A stretch of DNA of 64,000 bases, from positions 39,122,001-39,186,000 of the forward strand of contig OZ024758.1 in NCBI GenBank assembly GCA_964016885.1, given 5' to 3'. The position numbers were made by a program, and so were the translations under genes. Of this stretch, positions 11,731 to 25,600 are shown in pieces (within the stretch, counting starts at the first letter, position 1; the number at the start of each line of letters is the position of its first letter). The notes beneath the pieces were generated by a model. That model was not told the DNA's origin and did no database searches. It saw only the letters and a program-made list of their open reading frames with translations. Origin of the DNA: Eledone cirrhosa. Lineage: Eukaryota.

Positions 11731-14635
11731 TCATCCACTGTTGGTGAGAATTCATTTAAGTTCATGGTACTAGCTGTCAGAAGTAACCCCAATGTTGGTG
11801 AGAATTCATTTAAGTTCATGGTATTAGCTGTCAGAAGTCACTCCAATGTTGGTGAGAATTCATTTAAGTTCATGGTATTAGCTGTCAGAAGTAACTCCAC
11901 TGTTGGTGAGAATTCATTTAAGTTCATGGTATTAGCTGTCAGAAGTAACTCCACTGTTGGTGAGAATTCATTTAAGTTCATGGTATTAGCTGTCAGAAGT
12001 AACTCCACTGTTGGTGAGAATTCATTTAAGTCATGGTATTAGCTGTCAGAAGTAACTCCAATGTTGGTGAGAATTCATTTAAGTTCATGGTATTAGCTGT
12101 CAGAAGTCACTCCTCTGTTGGTGAGAATTCATTTAAGTTCATGGTACTAGCTGTCAGAAGTAACCCCAATGTTGGTGAGAATTCATTTAAGTTCATGGTA
12201 TTAGCTGTCAGAAGTCACTCCAATGTTGGTGAGAATTCATTTAAGTTCATGGTATTAGCTGTCAGAAGTAACTCCACTGTTGGTGAGAATTCATTTAAGT
12301 TCATGGTATTAGCTGTCAGAAGTAACTCCACTGTTGGTGAGAATTCATTTAAGTTCATGGTATTAGCTGTCAGAAGTAACCCCAATGTTGGTGAGAATTC
12401 ATTTAAGTTCATGGTATTAGCTGTCAGAAGTCACTCCAATGTTGGTGAGAATTCATTTAAGTTCATGGTACTAGCTGTCAGAAGTAACCCCAATGTTGCT
12501 GAGAATTCATTTAAGTTCATGGTATTAGCTGTCAGAAGTAACTCCACTGTTGGTGAGAATTCATTTAAGTTTATGGTACTAGCTGTCAGAAGTAACCCCA
12601 ATGTTGGTGAGAATTCATTTAAGTTCATGGTATTAGCTGTCAGAAGTCACTCCAATGTTGGTGAGAATTCATTTAAGTTCATGGTACTAGCTGTCAGAAG
12701 TAACCCCAATGTTGCTGAGAATTCATTTAAGTTCATGGTATTAGCTGTCAGAAGTCACTCCAATGTTGGTGAGAATTCATTTAACTTCATGGTATTAGCT
12801 GTCAGAAGTAACTCCACTGTTGGTGAGAATTCATTTAAGTTCATGGTATTAGCTGTCAGAAGTAACTCCACTGTTGGTGAGAATTCATTTAAGTTCATGG
12901 TATTAGCTGTCAGAAGTAACTCCACTGTTGGTGAGAATTCATTTAAGTTCATGGTATTACCTGTCAGAAGGAACTCCAATGTTGGTGAGAATTCATTTAA
13001 GTCATGGTACTAGCTGTCAGAAGTAACTCCACTGTTGGTAAGAATTCATTTAAGTTCATGGTATTAGCTGTCAGAAGTAACTCCACTGTTGGTGAGAATT
13101 CATTTAAGTTCATGGTATTAGCTGTCAGAAGGAACGCCACTGTTGGTGAGAATTCATTTAAGTTCATGGTATTAGCTGTCAGAAGTAACTCCACTGTTGG
13201 TGAGAATTCATTTAAGTTCATGGTACTAGCTGTCAGAAGTAACTCCACTGTTGGTGAGAATTCATTTAAGTTCATGGTATTAGCTGTCAGAAGTCACTCC
13301 AATGTTGGTGAGAATTCATTTAAGTTCATGGTATTAGCTGTCAGAAGTCACTCCACTGTTGGTGAGAATTCATTTAAGTTCATGGTACTAGCTGTCAGAA
13401 GTAACCCCAATGTTGGTGAGAATTCATTTAAGTTCATGGTATTAGCTGTCAGAAGTCACTCCAATGTTGGTGAGAATTCATTTAAGTTCATGGTATTAGC
13501 TGTCAGAAGTAACTCCACTGTTGGTGAGAATTCATTTAAGTTCATGGTATTAGCTGTCAGAAGTAACTCCACTGTTGGTGAGAATTCATTTAAGTTCATG
13601 GTATTAGCTGTCAGAAGTAACTCCACTGTTGGTGAGAATTCATTTAAGTCATGGTATTAGCTGTCAGAAGTAACTCCAATGTTGGTGAGAATTCATTTAA
13701 GTTCATGGTATTAGCTGTCAGAAGTCACTCCTCTGTTGGTGAGAATTCATTTAAGTTCATGGTACTAGCTGTCAGAAGTAACCCCAATGTTGGTGAGAAT
13801 TCATTTAAGTTCATGGTATTAGCTGTCAGAAGTCACTCCAATGTTGGTGAGAATTCATTTAAGTTCATGGTATTAGCTGTCAGAAGTAACTCCACTGTTG
13901 GTGAGAATTCATTTAAGTTCATGGTATTAGCTGTCAGAAGTAACTCCACTGTTGGTGAGAATTCATTTAAGTTCATGGTATTAGCTGTCAGAAGTAACCC
14001 CAATGTTGGTGAGAATTCATTTAAGTTCATGGTATTAGCTGTCAGAAGTCACTCCAATGTTGGTGAGAATTCATTTAAGTTCATGGTACTAGCTGTCAGA
14101 AGTAACCCCAATGTTGCTGAGAATTCATTTAAGTTCATGGTATTAGCTGTCAGAAGTAACTCCACTGTTGGTGAGAATTCATTTAAGTTTATGGTACTAG
14201 CTGTCAGAAGTAACCCCAATGTTGGTGAGAATTCATTTAAGTTCATGGTATTAGCTGTCAGAAGTCACTCCAATGTTGGTGAGAATTCATTTAAGTTCAT
14301 GGTACTAGCTGTCAGAAGTAACCCCAATGTTGCTGAGAATTCATTTAAGTTCATGGTATTAGCTGTCAGAAGTCACTCCAATGTTGGTGAGAATTCATTT
14401 AACTTCATGGTATTAGCTGTCAGAAGTAACTCCACTGTTGGTGAGAATTCATTTAAGTTCATGGTATTAGCTGTCAGAAGTAACTCCACTGTTGGTGAGA
14501 ATTCATTTAAGTTCATGGTATTAGCTGTCAGAAGTAACTCCACTGTTGGTGAGAATTCATTTAAGTTCATGGTATTACCTGTCAGAAGGAACTCCAATGT
14601 TGGTGAGAATTCATTTAAGTCATGGTACTAGCTGT
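11400..14635 (+). repeat. Higher-order repeat, 1618 bp (30 monomers), two tandem copies
   Basis: ORFs 12033-13013 and 13651-14631 translate identically (offset 1618 = 30x54-2); shared markers TCCTCTG, AAGTTTATG, TTAACTTC, TTACCTG, GGTAAG. Confidence 0.93.
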
Positions 14636-17600
14636 CAGAAGTAACTCCACTGTTGGTGAGAATTCATTTAAGTTCATGGTATTAGCTGTCAGAAGGAACG
14701 CCACTGTTGGTGAGAATTCATTTAAGTTCATGGTATTAGCTATCAGAAGTAACTCCACTGTTGGTGAGAATTCATTTAAGTTCATGGTACTAGCTGTCAG
14801 AAGTAACTCCAATGTTGGTGAGAATTCATTTAAGTTCATGGTATTAGCTGTCAGAAGGAACTCCACTGTTGGTGAGAATTCATTTAAGTCTTGGTATTAG
14901 TTGTCAGAAGTAACTCCAATGTTGGTGAGAATTCATTTAAGTTCATGGTACTAGCTGTCAGAAGTAACTCCACTGTTGGTGAGAATTCATTTAAGTTCAT
15001 GGTACTAGCTGTCAGAAGTAACTCCAATGTTGGTGAGAATTCATTTAAGTTCATGGTATTAGCTGTCAGAAGTAACTCCACTGTTGGTGAGAATTCATTT
15101 AAGTTCATGGTACTAGCTGTCAGAAGTAACTCCACTGTTGGTGAGAATTCATTTAAGTTCATGGTATTAGCTGTCAGAAGTAACTCCACTGTTGGTGAGA
15201 ATTCATTTAAGTTCATGGTACTAGGTGTCAGAAGTAACCCCAATGTTGGTGAGAATTCATTTAAGTTCATGGTATTAGCTGTCAGAAGTCACTCCAATGT
15301 TGGTGAGAATTCATTTAAGTTCATGGTATTAGCTGTTAGAAGTCACTCCACTGTTGGTGAGAATTCATTTAAGTTCATGGTACTAGCTGTCAGAAGTAAC
15401 CCCAATGTTGGTGAGAATTCATTTAAGTTCATGGTATTAGCTGTCAGAAGTCACTCCAATGTTGGTGAGAATTCATTTAAGTTCATGGTATTAGCTGTCA
15501 GAAGTAACTCCACTGTTGGTGAGAATTCGTTTAAGTTCATGGTATTAGCTGTCAGAAGCAACTCCACTGTTGGTGAGAATTCATTTAAGTTCATGGTATT
15601 AGCTGTCAGAAGTAACTCCACTGTTGGTGAGAATTCATTTAAGTTCATGGTATTAGCTGTCAGAAGGAACTCCAATGTTGGTGAGAATTCATTTAAGTCA
15701 TGGTACTAGCTGTCAGAAGTAACTCCACTGTTGGTGAGAATTCATTTAAGTTCATGGTATTAGCTGTCAGAAGGAACGCCACTGTTGGTGAGAATTCATT
15801 TAAGTTCATGGTATTAGCTGTCAGAAGTAACTCCACTGTTGGTGAGAATTCATTTAAGTTCATGGTACTAGCTGTCAGAAGTAACTCCAATGTTGGTGAG
15901 AATTCATTTAAGTTCATGGTATTAGCTGTCAGAAGGAACTCCACTGTTGGTGAGAATTCATTTAAGTTCATGGTATTAGCTGTCAGAAGTAACTCCACTG
16001 TTGGTGAGAATTCATTTAAGTTCATGGTACTAGTTGTCAGAAGTAACTCCACTGTTGGTGAGAATTCATTTAAGTTCATGGTATTAGTTCGTCAGAAGTA
16101 ACTCCACTGTTGGTGAGAATTCATTTAAGTCATGGTATTAGTTGTCAGAAGTAACTCCAATGTTGGTGAGAATTCATTTAAGTCATGGTACTAGCTGTCA
16201 GAAGTAACTCCAATGTTGGTGAGAATTCATTTAAGTTCATGGTATTAGCTGTCAGAAGGAACTCCACTGTTGGTGAGAATTCATTTAAGTTCATGGTACT
16301 AGCTGTCAGAAGTAACTCTAATGTTGGTGAGAATTCATTTAAGTTCATGGTATTAGCTGTCACAAGGAACTCCACTGTTGGTGAGAATTCATTTAAGTCA
16401 TGGTATTAGCTGTCAGAAGTAAATCCAATGTTGGTGAGAATTCATTTAAGTTCATGGTATTAGCTGTCAGAAGTAACTCCACTTTTGGTGAGAATTCATT
16501 TAAGTTCATGGTATTAGCTGTCAGAAGGAACTCCAATGTTGGTGAGAATTCATTTAAGTCATGGTACTAGCTGTCAGAAGTAACTCCACTGTTGGTGAGA
16601 ATTCATTTAAGTTCATGGTATTAGCTGTCAGAAGGAACGCCACTGTTGGTGAGAATTCATCTAAGTTCATGGTATTAGCTGTCAGAAGTAACTCCACTGT
16701 TGGTGAGAATTCATTTAAGTTCATGGTACTAGCTGTCAGAAGTAACTCCAATGTTGGTGAGAATTCATTTAAGTTCATGGTATTAGCTGTCAGAAGTAAC
16801 TCCACTGTTGGTGAGAATTCATTTAAGTCTTGGTGTTAGTTGTCAGAAGTAACTCCAATGTTGGTGAGAATTCATTTAAGTTCATGGTACTAGCTGTCAG
16901 AAGTAACCCCAATGTTGGTGAGAATTCATTTAAGTTCATGGTATTAGCTGTCAGAAGTCACTCCAATGTTGGTGAGAATTCATTTAAGTTCATGGTATTA
17001 GCTGTCAGAAGTAACTCCACTGTTGGTGAGAATTCATTTAAGTTCATGATATTAGCTGTCAGAAGCAACTCCACTGTTGGTGAGAATTCATTTAAGTTCA
17101 TGGTATTAGCTGTCAGAAGTAACTCCACTGTTGGTGAGAATTCATTTAAGTTCATGGTATTAGCTGTCAGAAGTAACTCCACTGTTGGTGAGAATTCATT
17201 TAAGTTCATGTTATTAGCTGTCAGAAGGAACTCCAATGTTGGTGAGAATTCATTTAAGTCATGGTACTAGCTGTCAGAAGTAACTCCACTGTTGGTGAGA
17301 ATTCATTTAAGTTCATGGTATTAGCTGTCAGAAGGAACGCCACTGTTGGTGAGAATTCATTTAAGTTCATGGTATTAGCTGTCAGAAGTAACTCCACTGT
17401 TGGTGAGAATTCATTTAAGTTCATGGTACTAGCTGTCAGAAGTAACTCCAATGTTGGTGGGAATTCATTTAAGTTCATGGTATTAGCTGTCAGAAGGAAC
17501 TCCACTGTTGGTGATAATTCATTTAAGTTCATGGTATTAGCTGTCAGAAGTAACTCCACTGTTGGTGAGAATTCATTTAAGTTCATGGTACTAGTTGTCA

Positions 17601-20600
17601 GAAGTAACTCCACTGTTGGTGAGAATTCATTTAAGTTCATGGTACTAGCTGTCAGAAGTAACTCCAATGTTGGTAAGAATTCATTTAAGTTCATGATATT
17701 AGCTGTCAGAAGTAACTCCACTGTTGGTGAGAATTCATTTAAGTTCATGGTACTAGCTGTCAGAAGTAACTCCACTGTTGGTGAGAATTCATTTAAGTTT
17801 ATGGTACTAGCTGTCAGAAGTAACCCCAATGTTGGTGAGAATTCATTTAAGTTCATGGTATTAGCTGTCAGAAGTCACTCCAATGTTGGTGAGAATTCAT
17901 TTAAGTTCATGGTATTAGCTGTCAGAAGTCACTCCACTGTTGGTGAGAATTCATTTAAGTTCATGGTACAAGCTGTCAGAAGTAACCCCAATGTTGCTGA
18001 GAATTCATTTAAGTTCATGGTATTAGCTGTCAGAAGTCACTCCAATGTTGGTGAGAATTCATTTAAGTTCATGGTATTAGCTGTCAGAAGTAACTCCACT
18101 GTTGGTGAGAATTCATTTAAGTTCATGGTATTAGCTGTCAGAAGTAACTCCACTGTTGGTGAGAATTCATTTAAGTTCATGGTATTAGCTGTCAGAAGTA
18201 ACTCCACTGTTGGTGAGAATTCATTTAAGTTCATGGTATTACCTGTCAGAAGGAACTCCAATGTTGGTGAGAATTCATTTAAGTCATGGTACTAGCTGTC
18301 AGAAGTAACTCCACTGTTGGTGAGAATTCATTTAAGTTCATGGTATTAGCTGTCAGAAGGAACGCCACTGTTGGTGAGAATTCATTTAAGTTCATGGTAT
18401 TAGCTATCAGAAGTAACTCCACTGTTGGTGAGAATTCATTTAAGTTCATGGTACTAGCTGTCAGAAGTAACTCCAATGTTGGTGAGAATTCATTTAAGTT
18501 CATGGTATTAGCTGTCAGAAGGAACTCCACTGTTGGTGAGAATTCATTTAAGTCTTGGTATTAGTTGTCAGAAGTAACTCCAATGTTGGTGAGAATTCAT
18601 TTAAGTTCATGGTACTAGCTGTCAGAAGTAACTCCACTGTTGGTGAGAATTCATTTAAGTTCATGGTACTAGCTGTCAGAAGTAACTCCAATGTTGGTGA
18701 GAATTCATTTAAGTTCATGGTATTAGCTGTCAGAAGTAACTCCACTGTTGGTGAGAATTCATTTAAGTTCATGGTACTAGCTGTCAGAAGTAACTCCACT
18801 GTTGGTGAGAATTCATTTAAGTTCATGGTATTAGCTGTCAGAAGTAACTCCACTGTTGGTGAGAATTCATTTAAGTTCACGGTACTAGCTGTCAGAAGTA
18901 ACCCCAATGTTGGTGAGAATTCATTTAAGTTCATGGTATTAGCTGTCAGAAGTCACTCCAATGTTGGTGAGAATTCATTTAAGTTCATGGTATTAGCTGT
19001 TAGAAGTCACTCCACTGTTGGTGAGAATTCATTTAAGTTCATGGTACTAGCTGTCAGAAGTAACCCCAATGTTGGTGAGAATTCATTTAAGTTCATGGTA
19101 TTAGCTGTCAGAAGTCACTCCAATGTTGGTGAGAATTCATTTAAGTTCATGGTATTAGCTGTCAGAAGTAACTCCACTGTTGGTGAGAATTCATTTAAGT
19201 TCATGGTACTAGTTGTCAGAAGTAACTCCACTGTTGGTGAGAATTCATTTAAGTTCATGGTACTAGCTGTCAGAAGTAACTCCAATGTTGGTAAGAATTC
19301 ATTTAAGTTCATGATATTAGCTGTCAGAAGTAACTCCACTGTTGGTGAGAATTCATTTAAGTTCATGGTACTAGCTGTCAGAAGTAACTCCACTGTTGGT
19401 GAGAATTCATTTAAGTTTATGGTACTAGCTGTCAGAAGTAACCCCAATGTTGGTGAGAATTCATTTAAGTTCATGGTATTAGCTGTCAGAAGTCACTCCA
19501 ATGTTGGTGAGAATTCATTTAAGTTCATGGTATTAGCTGTCAGAAGTCACTCCACTGTTGGTGAGAATTCATTTAAGTTCATGGTACAAGCTGTCAGAAG
19601 TAACCCCAATGTTGCTGAGAATTCATTTAAGTTCATGGTATTAGCTGTCAGAAGTCACTCCAATGTTGGTGAGAATTCATTTAAGTTCATGGTATTAGCT
19701 GTCAGAAGTAACTCCACTGTTGGTGAGAATTCATTTAAGTTCATGGTATTACCTGTCAGAAGGAACTCCAATGTTGGTGAGAATTCATTTAAGTCATGGT
19801 ACTAGCTGTCAGAAGTAACTCCACTGTTGGTGAGAATTCATTTAAGTTCATGGTATTAGCTGTCAGAAGGAACGCCACTGTTGGTGAGAATTCATTTAAG
19901 TTCATGGTATTAGCTATCAGAAGTAACTCCACTGTTGGTGAGAATTCATTTAAGTTCATGGTACTAGCTGTCAGAAGTAACTCCAATGTTGGTGAGAATT
20001 CATTTAAGTTCATGGTATTAACTGTCAGAAGGAACTCCACTGTTGGTGAGAATTCATTTAAGTCTTGGTATTAGTTGTCAGAAGTAACTCCAATGTTGGT
20101 GAGAATTCATTTAAGTTCATGGTACTAGCTGTCAGAAGTAACTCCACTGTTGGTGAGAATTCATTTAAGTTCATGGTACTAGCTGTCAGAAGTAACTCCA
20201 ATGTTGGTGAGAGTTCATTTAAGTTCATGGTATTAGCTGTCAGAAGTAACTCCACTGTTGGTGAGAATTCATTTAAGTTCATGGTACTAGCTGTCAGAAG
20301 TAACTCCACTGTTGGTGAGAATTCATTTAAGTTCATGGTATTAGCTGTCAGAAGTAACTCCACTGTTGGTGAGAATTCATTTAAGTTCATGGTACTAGCT
20401 GTCAGAAGTAACCCCAATGTTGGTGAGAATTCATTTAAGTTCATGGTATTAGCTGTCAGAAGTCACTCCAATGTTGGTGAGAATTCATTTAAGTTCATGG
20501 TATTAGCTGTTAGAAGTCACTCCACTGTTGGTGAGAATTCATTTAAGTTCATGGTACTAGCTGTCAGAAGTAACCCCAATGTTGGTGAGAATTCATTTAA

Positions 20601-23600
20601 GTTCATGGTATTAACTGTCAGAAGTCACTCCAATGTTGGTGAGAATTCATTTAAGTTCATGGTATTAGCTGTCAGAAGTAACTCCACTGTTGGTGAGAAT
20701 TCGTTTAAGTTCATGGTATTAGCTGTCAGAAGCAACTCCACTGTTGGTGAGAATTCATTTAAGTTCATGGTATTAGCTGTCAGAAGTAACTCCACTGTTG
20801 GTGAGAATTCATTTAAGTTCATGGTATTAGCTGTCAGAAGGAACTCCAATGTTGGTGAGAATTCATTTAAGTCATGGTACTAGCTGTCAGAAGTAACTCC
20901 ACTGTTGGTGAGAATTCATTTAAGTTCATGGTATTAGCTGTCAGAAGGAACGCCACTGTTGGTGAGAATTCATTTAAGTTCATGGTATTAGCTGTCAGAA
21001 GTAACTCCACTGTTGGTGAGAATTCATTTAAGTTCACGGTACTAGCTGTCAGAAGTAACTCCAATGTTGGTGAGAATTCATTTAAGTTCATGGTATTAGC
21101 TGTCAGAAGGAACTCCACTGTTGGTGAGAATTCATTTAAGTTCATGGTATTAGCTGTCAGAAGTAACTCCACTGTTGGTGAGAATTCATTTAAGTTCATG
21201 GTACTAGTTGTCAGATGTAACTCCACTGTTGGTGAGAATTCATTTAAGTTCATGGTATTAGTTCGTCAGAAGTAACTCCACTGTTGGTGAGAATTAATTT
21301 AAGTCATGGTATTAGTTGTCAGAAGTAACTCCAATGTTGGTGAGAATTCATTTAAGTCATGGTACTAGCTGTCAGAAGTAACTCCAATGTTGGTGAGAAT
21401 TCATTTAAGTTCATGGTATTAGCTGTCAGAAGGAACTCCACTGTTGGTGAGAATTCATTTAAGTTCATGGTACTAGCTGTCAGAAGTAACTCTAATGTTG
21501 GTGAGAATTCATTTAAGTTCATGGTATTAGCTGTCACAAGGAACTCCACTGTTGGTGAGAATTCATTTAAGTCATGGTATTAGCTGTCAGAAGTAAATCC
21601 AATGTTGGTGAGAATTCATTTAAGTTCATGGTATTAGCTGTCAGAAGTAACTCCACTGTTGGTGAGAATTCATTTAAGTTCATGGTATTAGCTGTCAGAA
21701 GGAACTCCAATGTTGGTGAGAATTCATTTAAGTCATGGTACTAGCTGTCAGAAGTAACTCCACTGTTGGTGAGAATTCATTTAAGTTCATGGTATTAGCT
21801 GTCAGAAGGAACGCCACTGTTGGTGAGAATTCATCTAAGTTCATGGTATTAGCTGTCAGAAGTAACTCCACTGTTGGTGAGAATTCATTTAAGTTCATGG
21901 TACTAGCTGTCAGAAGTAACTCCAATGTTGGTGAGAATTCATTTAAGTTCATGGTATTAGCTGTCAGAAGTAACTCCACTGTTGGTGAGAATTCATTTAA
22001 GTCTTGGTGTTAGTTGTCAGAAGTAACTCCAATGTTGGTGAGAATTCATTTAAGTTCATGGTACTAGCTGTCAGAAGTAACCCCAATGTTGGTGAGAATT
22101 CATTTAAGTTCATGGTATTAGCTGTCAGAAGTCACTCCAATGTTGGTGAGAATTCATTTAAGTTCATGGTATTAGCTGTCAGAAGTAACTCCACTGTTGG
22201 TGAGAATTCATTTAAGTTCATGGTATTAGCTGTCAGAAGCAACTCCACTGTTGGTGAGAATTCATTTAAGTTCATGGTATTAGCTGTCAGAAGTAACTCC
22301 ACTGTTGGTGAGAATTCATTTAAGTTCATGGTATTAGCTGTCAGAAGGAACTCCAATGTTGGTGAGAATTCATTTAAGTCATGGTACTAGCTGTCAGAAG
22401 TAACTCCACTGTTGGTGAGAATTCATTTAAGTTCATGGTATTAGCTGTCAGAAGGAACGCCACTGTTGGTGAGAATTCATTTAAGTTCATGGTATTAGCT
22501 GTCAGAAGTAACTCCACTGTTGGTGAGAATTCATTTAAGTTCATGGTACTAGCTGTCAGAAGTAACTCCAATGTTGGTGAGAATTCATTTAAGTTCATGG
22601 TATTAGCTGTCAGAAGGAACTCCACTGTTGGTGATAATTCATTTAAGTTCATGGTATTAGCTCTCAGAAGTAACTCCACTGTTGGTGAGAATTCATTTAA
22701 GTTCATGGTACTAGTTGTCAGAAGTAACTCCACTGTTGGTGAGAATTCATTTAAGTTCATGGTACTAGCTGTCAGAAGTAACTCCAATGTTGGTAAGAAT
22801 TCATTTAAGTTCATGATATTAGCTGTCAGAAGTAACTCCACTGTTGGTGAGAATTCATTTAAGTTCATGGTACTAGCTGTCAGAAGTAACTCCACTGTTG
22901 GTGAGAATTCATTTAAGTTTATGGTACTAGCTGTCAGAAGTAACCCCAATGTTGGTGAGAATTCATTTAAGTTCATGGTATTAGCTGTCAGAAGTCACTC
23001 CAATGTTGGTGAGAATTCATTTAAGTTCATGGTATTAGCTGTCAGAAGTCACTCCACTGTTGGTGAGAATTCATTTAAGTTCATGGTTCTAGCTGTCAGA
23101 AGTAACCCCAATGTTGCTGAGAATTCATTTAAGTTCATGGTATTAGCTGTCAGAAGTCACTCCAATGTTGGTGAGAATTCATTTAAGTTCATGGTATTAG
23201 CTGTCAGAAGTAACTCCACTGTTGGTGAGAATTCATTTAAGTTCATGGTATTAGCTGTCAGAAGTAACTCCACTGTTGGTGAGAATTCATTTAAGTTCAT
23301 GGTATTAGCTGTCAGAAGTAACTCCACTGTTGGTGAGAATTCATTTAAGTTCATGGTATTACCTGTCAGAAGGAACTCCAATGTTGGTGAGAATTCATTT
23401 AAGTCATGGTACTAGCTGTCAGAAGTAACTCCACTGTTGGTGAGAATTCATTTAAGTTCATGGTATTAGCTGTCAGAAGGAACGCCACTGTTGGTGAGAA
23501 TTCATTTAAGTTCATGGTATTAGCTATCAGAAGTAACTCCACTGTTGGTGAGAATTCATTTAAGTTCATGGTACTAGCTGTCAGAAGTAACTCCAATGTT

Positions 23601-25600
23601 GGTGAGAATTCATTTACGTTCATGGTATTAGCTGTCAGAAGGAACTCCACTGTTGGTGAGAATTCATTTAAGTCTTGGTATTAGTTGTCAGAAGTAACTC
23701 CAATGTTGGTGAGAATTCATTTAAGTTCATGGTACTAGCTGTCAGAAGTAACTCCACTGTTGGTGAGAATTCATTTAAGTTCATGGTACTAGCTGTCAGA
23801 AGTAACTCCAATGTTGGTGAGAATTCATTTAAGTTCATGGTATTAGCTGTCAGAAGTAACTCCACTGTTGGTGAGAATTCATTTAAGTTCATGGTACTAG
23901 CTGTCAGAAGTAACTCCACTGTTGGTGAGAATTCATTTAAGTTTATGGTACTAGCTGTCAGAGGTAACCCCAATGTTGGTGAGAATTCATTTAAGTTCAT
24001 GGTATTAGCTGTCAGAAGTCACTCCAATGTTGGTGAGAATTCATTTAAGTTCATGGTATTAGCTGTTAGAAGTCACTCCACTGTTGGTGAGAATTCATTT
24101 AAGTTCATGGTACTAGCTGTCAGAAGTAACCCCAATGTTGGTGAGAATTCATTTAAGTTCATGGTATTAGCTGTCAGAAGTCACTCCAATGTTGGTGAGA
24201 ATTCATTTAAGTTCATGGTATTAGCTGTCAGAAGTAACTCCACTGTTGGTGAGAATTCGTTTAAGTTCATGGTATTAGCTGTCAGAAGCAACTCCACTGT
24301 TGGTGAGAATTCATTTAAGTTCATGGTATTAGCTGTCAGAAGTAACTCCACTGTTGGTGAGAATTCATTTAAGTTCATGGTATTAGCTGTCAGAAGGAAC
24401 TCCAATGTTGGTGAGAATTCATTTAAGTCATGGTACTAGCTGTCAGAAGTAACTCCACTGTTGGTGAGAATTCATTTAAGTTCATGGTATTAGCTGTCAG
24501 AAGGAACGCCACTGTTGGTGAGAATTCATTTAAGTTCATGGTATTAGCTGTCAGAAGTAACTCCACTGTTGGTGAGAATTCATTTAAGTTCATGGTACTA
24601 GCTGTCAGAAGTAACTCCAATGTTGGTGAGAATTCATTTAAGTTCATGGTATTAGCTGTCAGAAGGAACTCCACTGTTGGTGAGAATTCATTTAAGTTCA
24701 TGGTATTAGCTGTCAGAAGTAACTCCACTGTTGGTGAGAATTCATTTAAGTTCATGGTACTAGTTGTCAGAAGTAACTCCACTGTTGGTGAGAATTCATT
24801 TAAGTTCATGGTATTAGTTCGTCAGAAGTAACTCCACTGTTGGTGAGAATTCATTTAAGTCATGGTATTAGTTGTCAGAAGTAACTCCAATGTTGGTGAG
24901 AATTCATTTAAGTCATGGTACTAGCTGTCAGAAGTAACTCCAATGTTGGTGAGAATTCATTTAAGTTCATGGTATTAGCTGTCAGAAGGAACTCCACTGT
25001 TGGTGAGAATTCATTTAAGTTCATGGTACTAGCTGTCAGAAGTAACACTAATGTTGGTGAGAATTCATTTAAGTTCATGGTATTAGCTGTCACAAGGAAC
25101 TCCACTGTTGGTGAGAATTCATTTAAGTCATGGTATTAGCTGTCAGAAGTAAATCCAATGTTGGTGAGAATTCATTTAAGTTCATGGTATTAGCTGTCAG
25201 AAGTAACTCCACTGTTGGTGAGAATTCATTTAAGTTCATGGTATTAGCTGTCAGAAGGAACTCCAATGTTTGTGAGAATTCATTTAAGTCATGGTACTAG
25301 CTGTCAGAAGTAACTCCACTGTTGGTGAGAATTCATTTAAGTTCATGGTATTAGCTGTCAGAAGGAACGCCACTGTTGGTGAGAATTCATCTAAGTTCAT
25401 GGTATTAGCTGTCAGAAGTAACTCCACTGTTGGTGAGAATTCATTTAAGTTCATGGTACTAGCTGTCAGAAGTAACTCCAATGTTGGTGAGAATTCATTT
25501 AAGTTCATGGTATTAGCTGTCAGAAGTAACTCCACTGTTGGTGAGAATTCATTTAAGTCTTGGTGTTAGTTGTCAGAAGTAACTCCAATGTTGGTGAGAA
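14622..25600 (+). repeat. Higher-order repeat of about 3.6 kb (67-68 monomers): copies begin at 14622, 18286 (internally deleted), 19796 and 23406 (partial)
   Basis: The GCTATCAG/AAGTCTTGG block recurs at spacings 3664, 1510 and 3610; shared ordered markers GTTAGA, AATTCGT, AGCAAC, GTTCGTCAG, GTCACAAGG, AAATCC, TCATCTAAG, TTGGTGTTAG, GTGATAAT, ATGATATT, TTACCTG. Confidence 0.9.
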
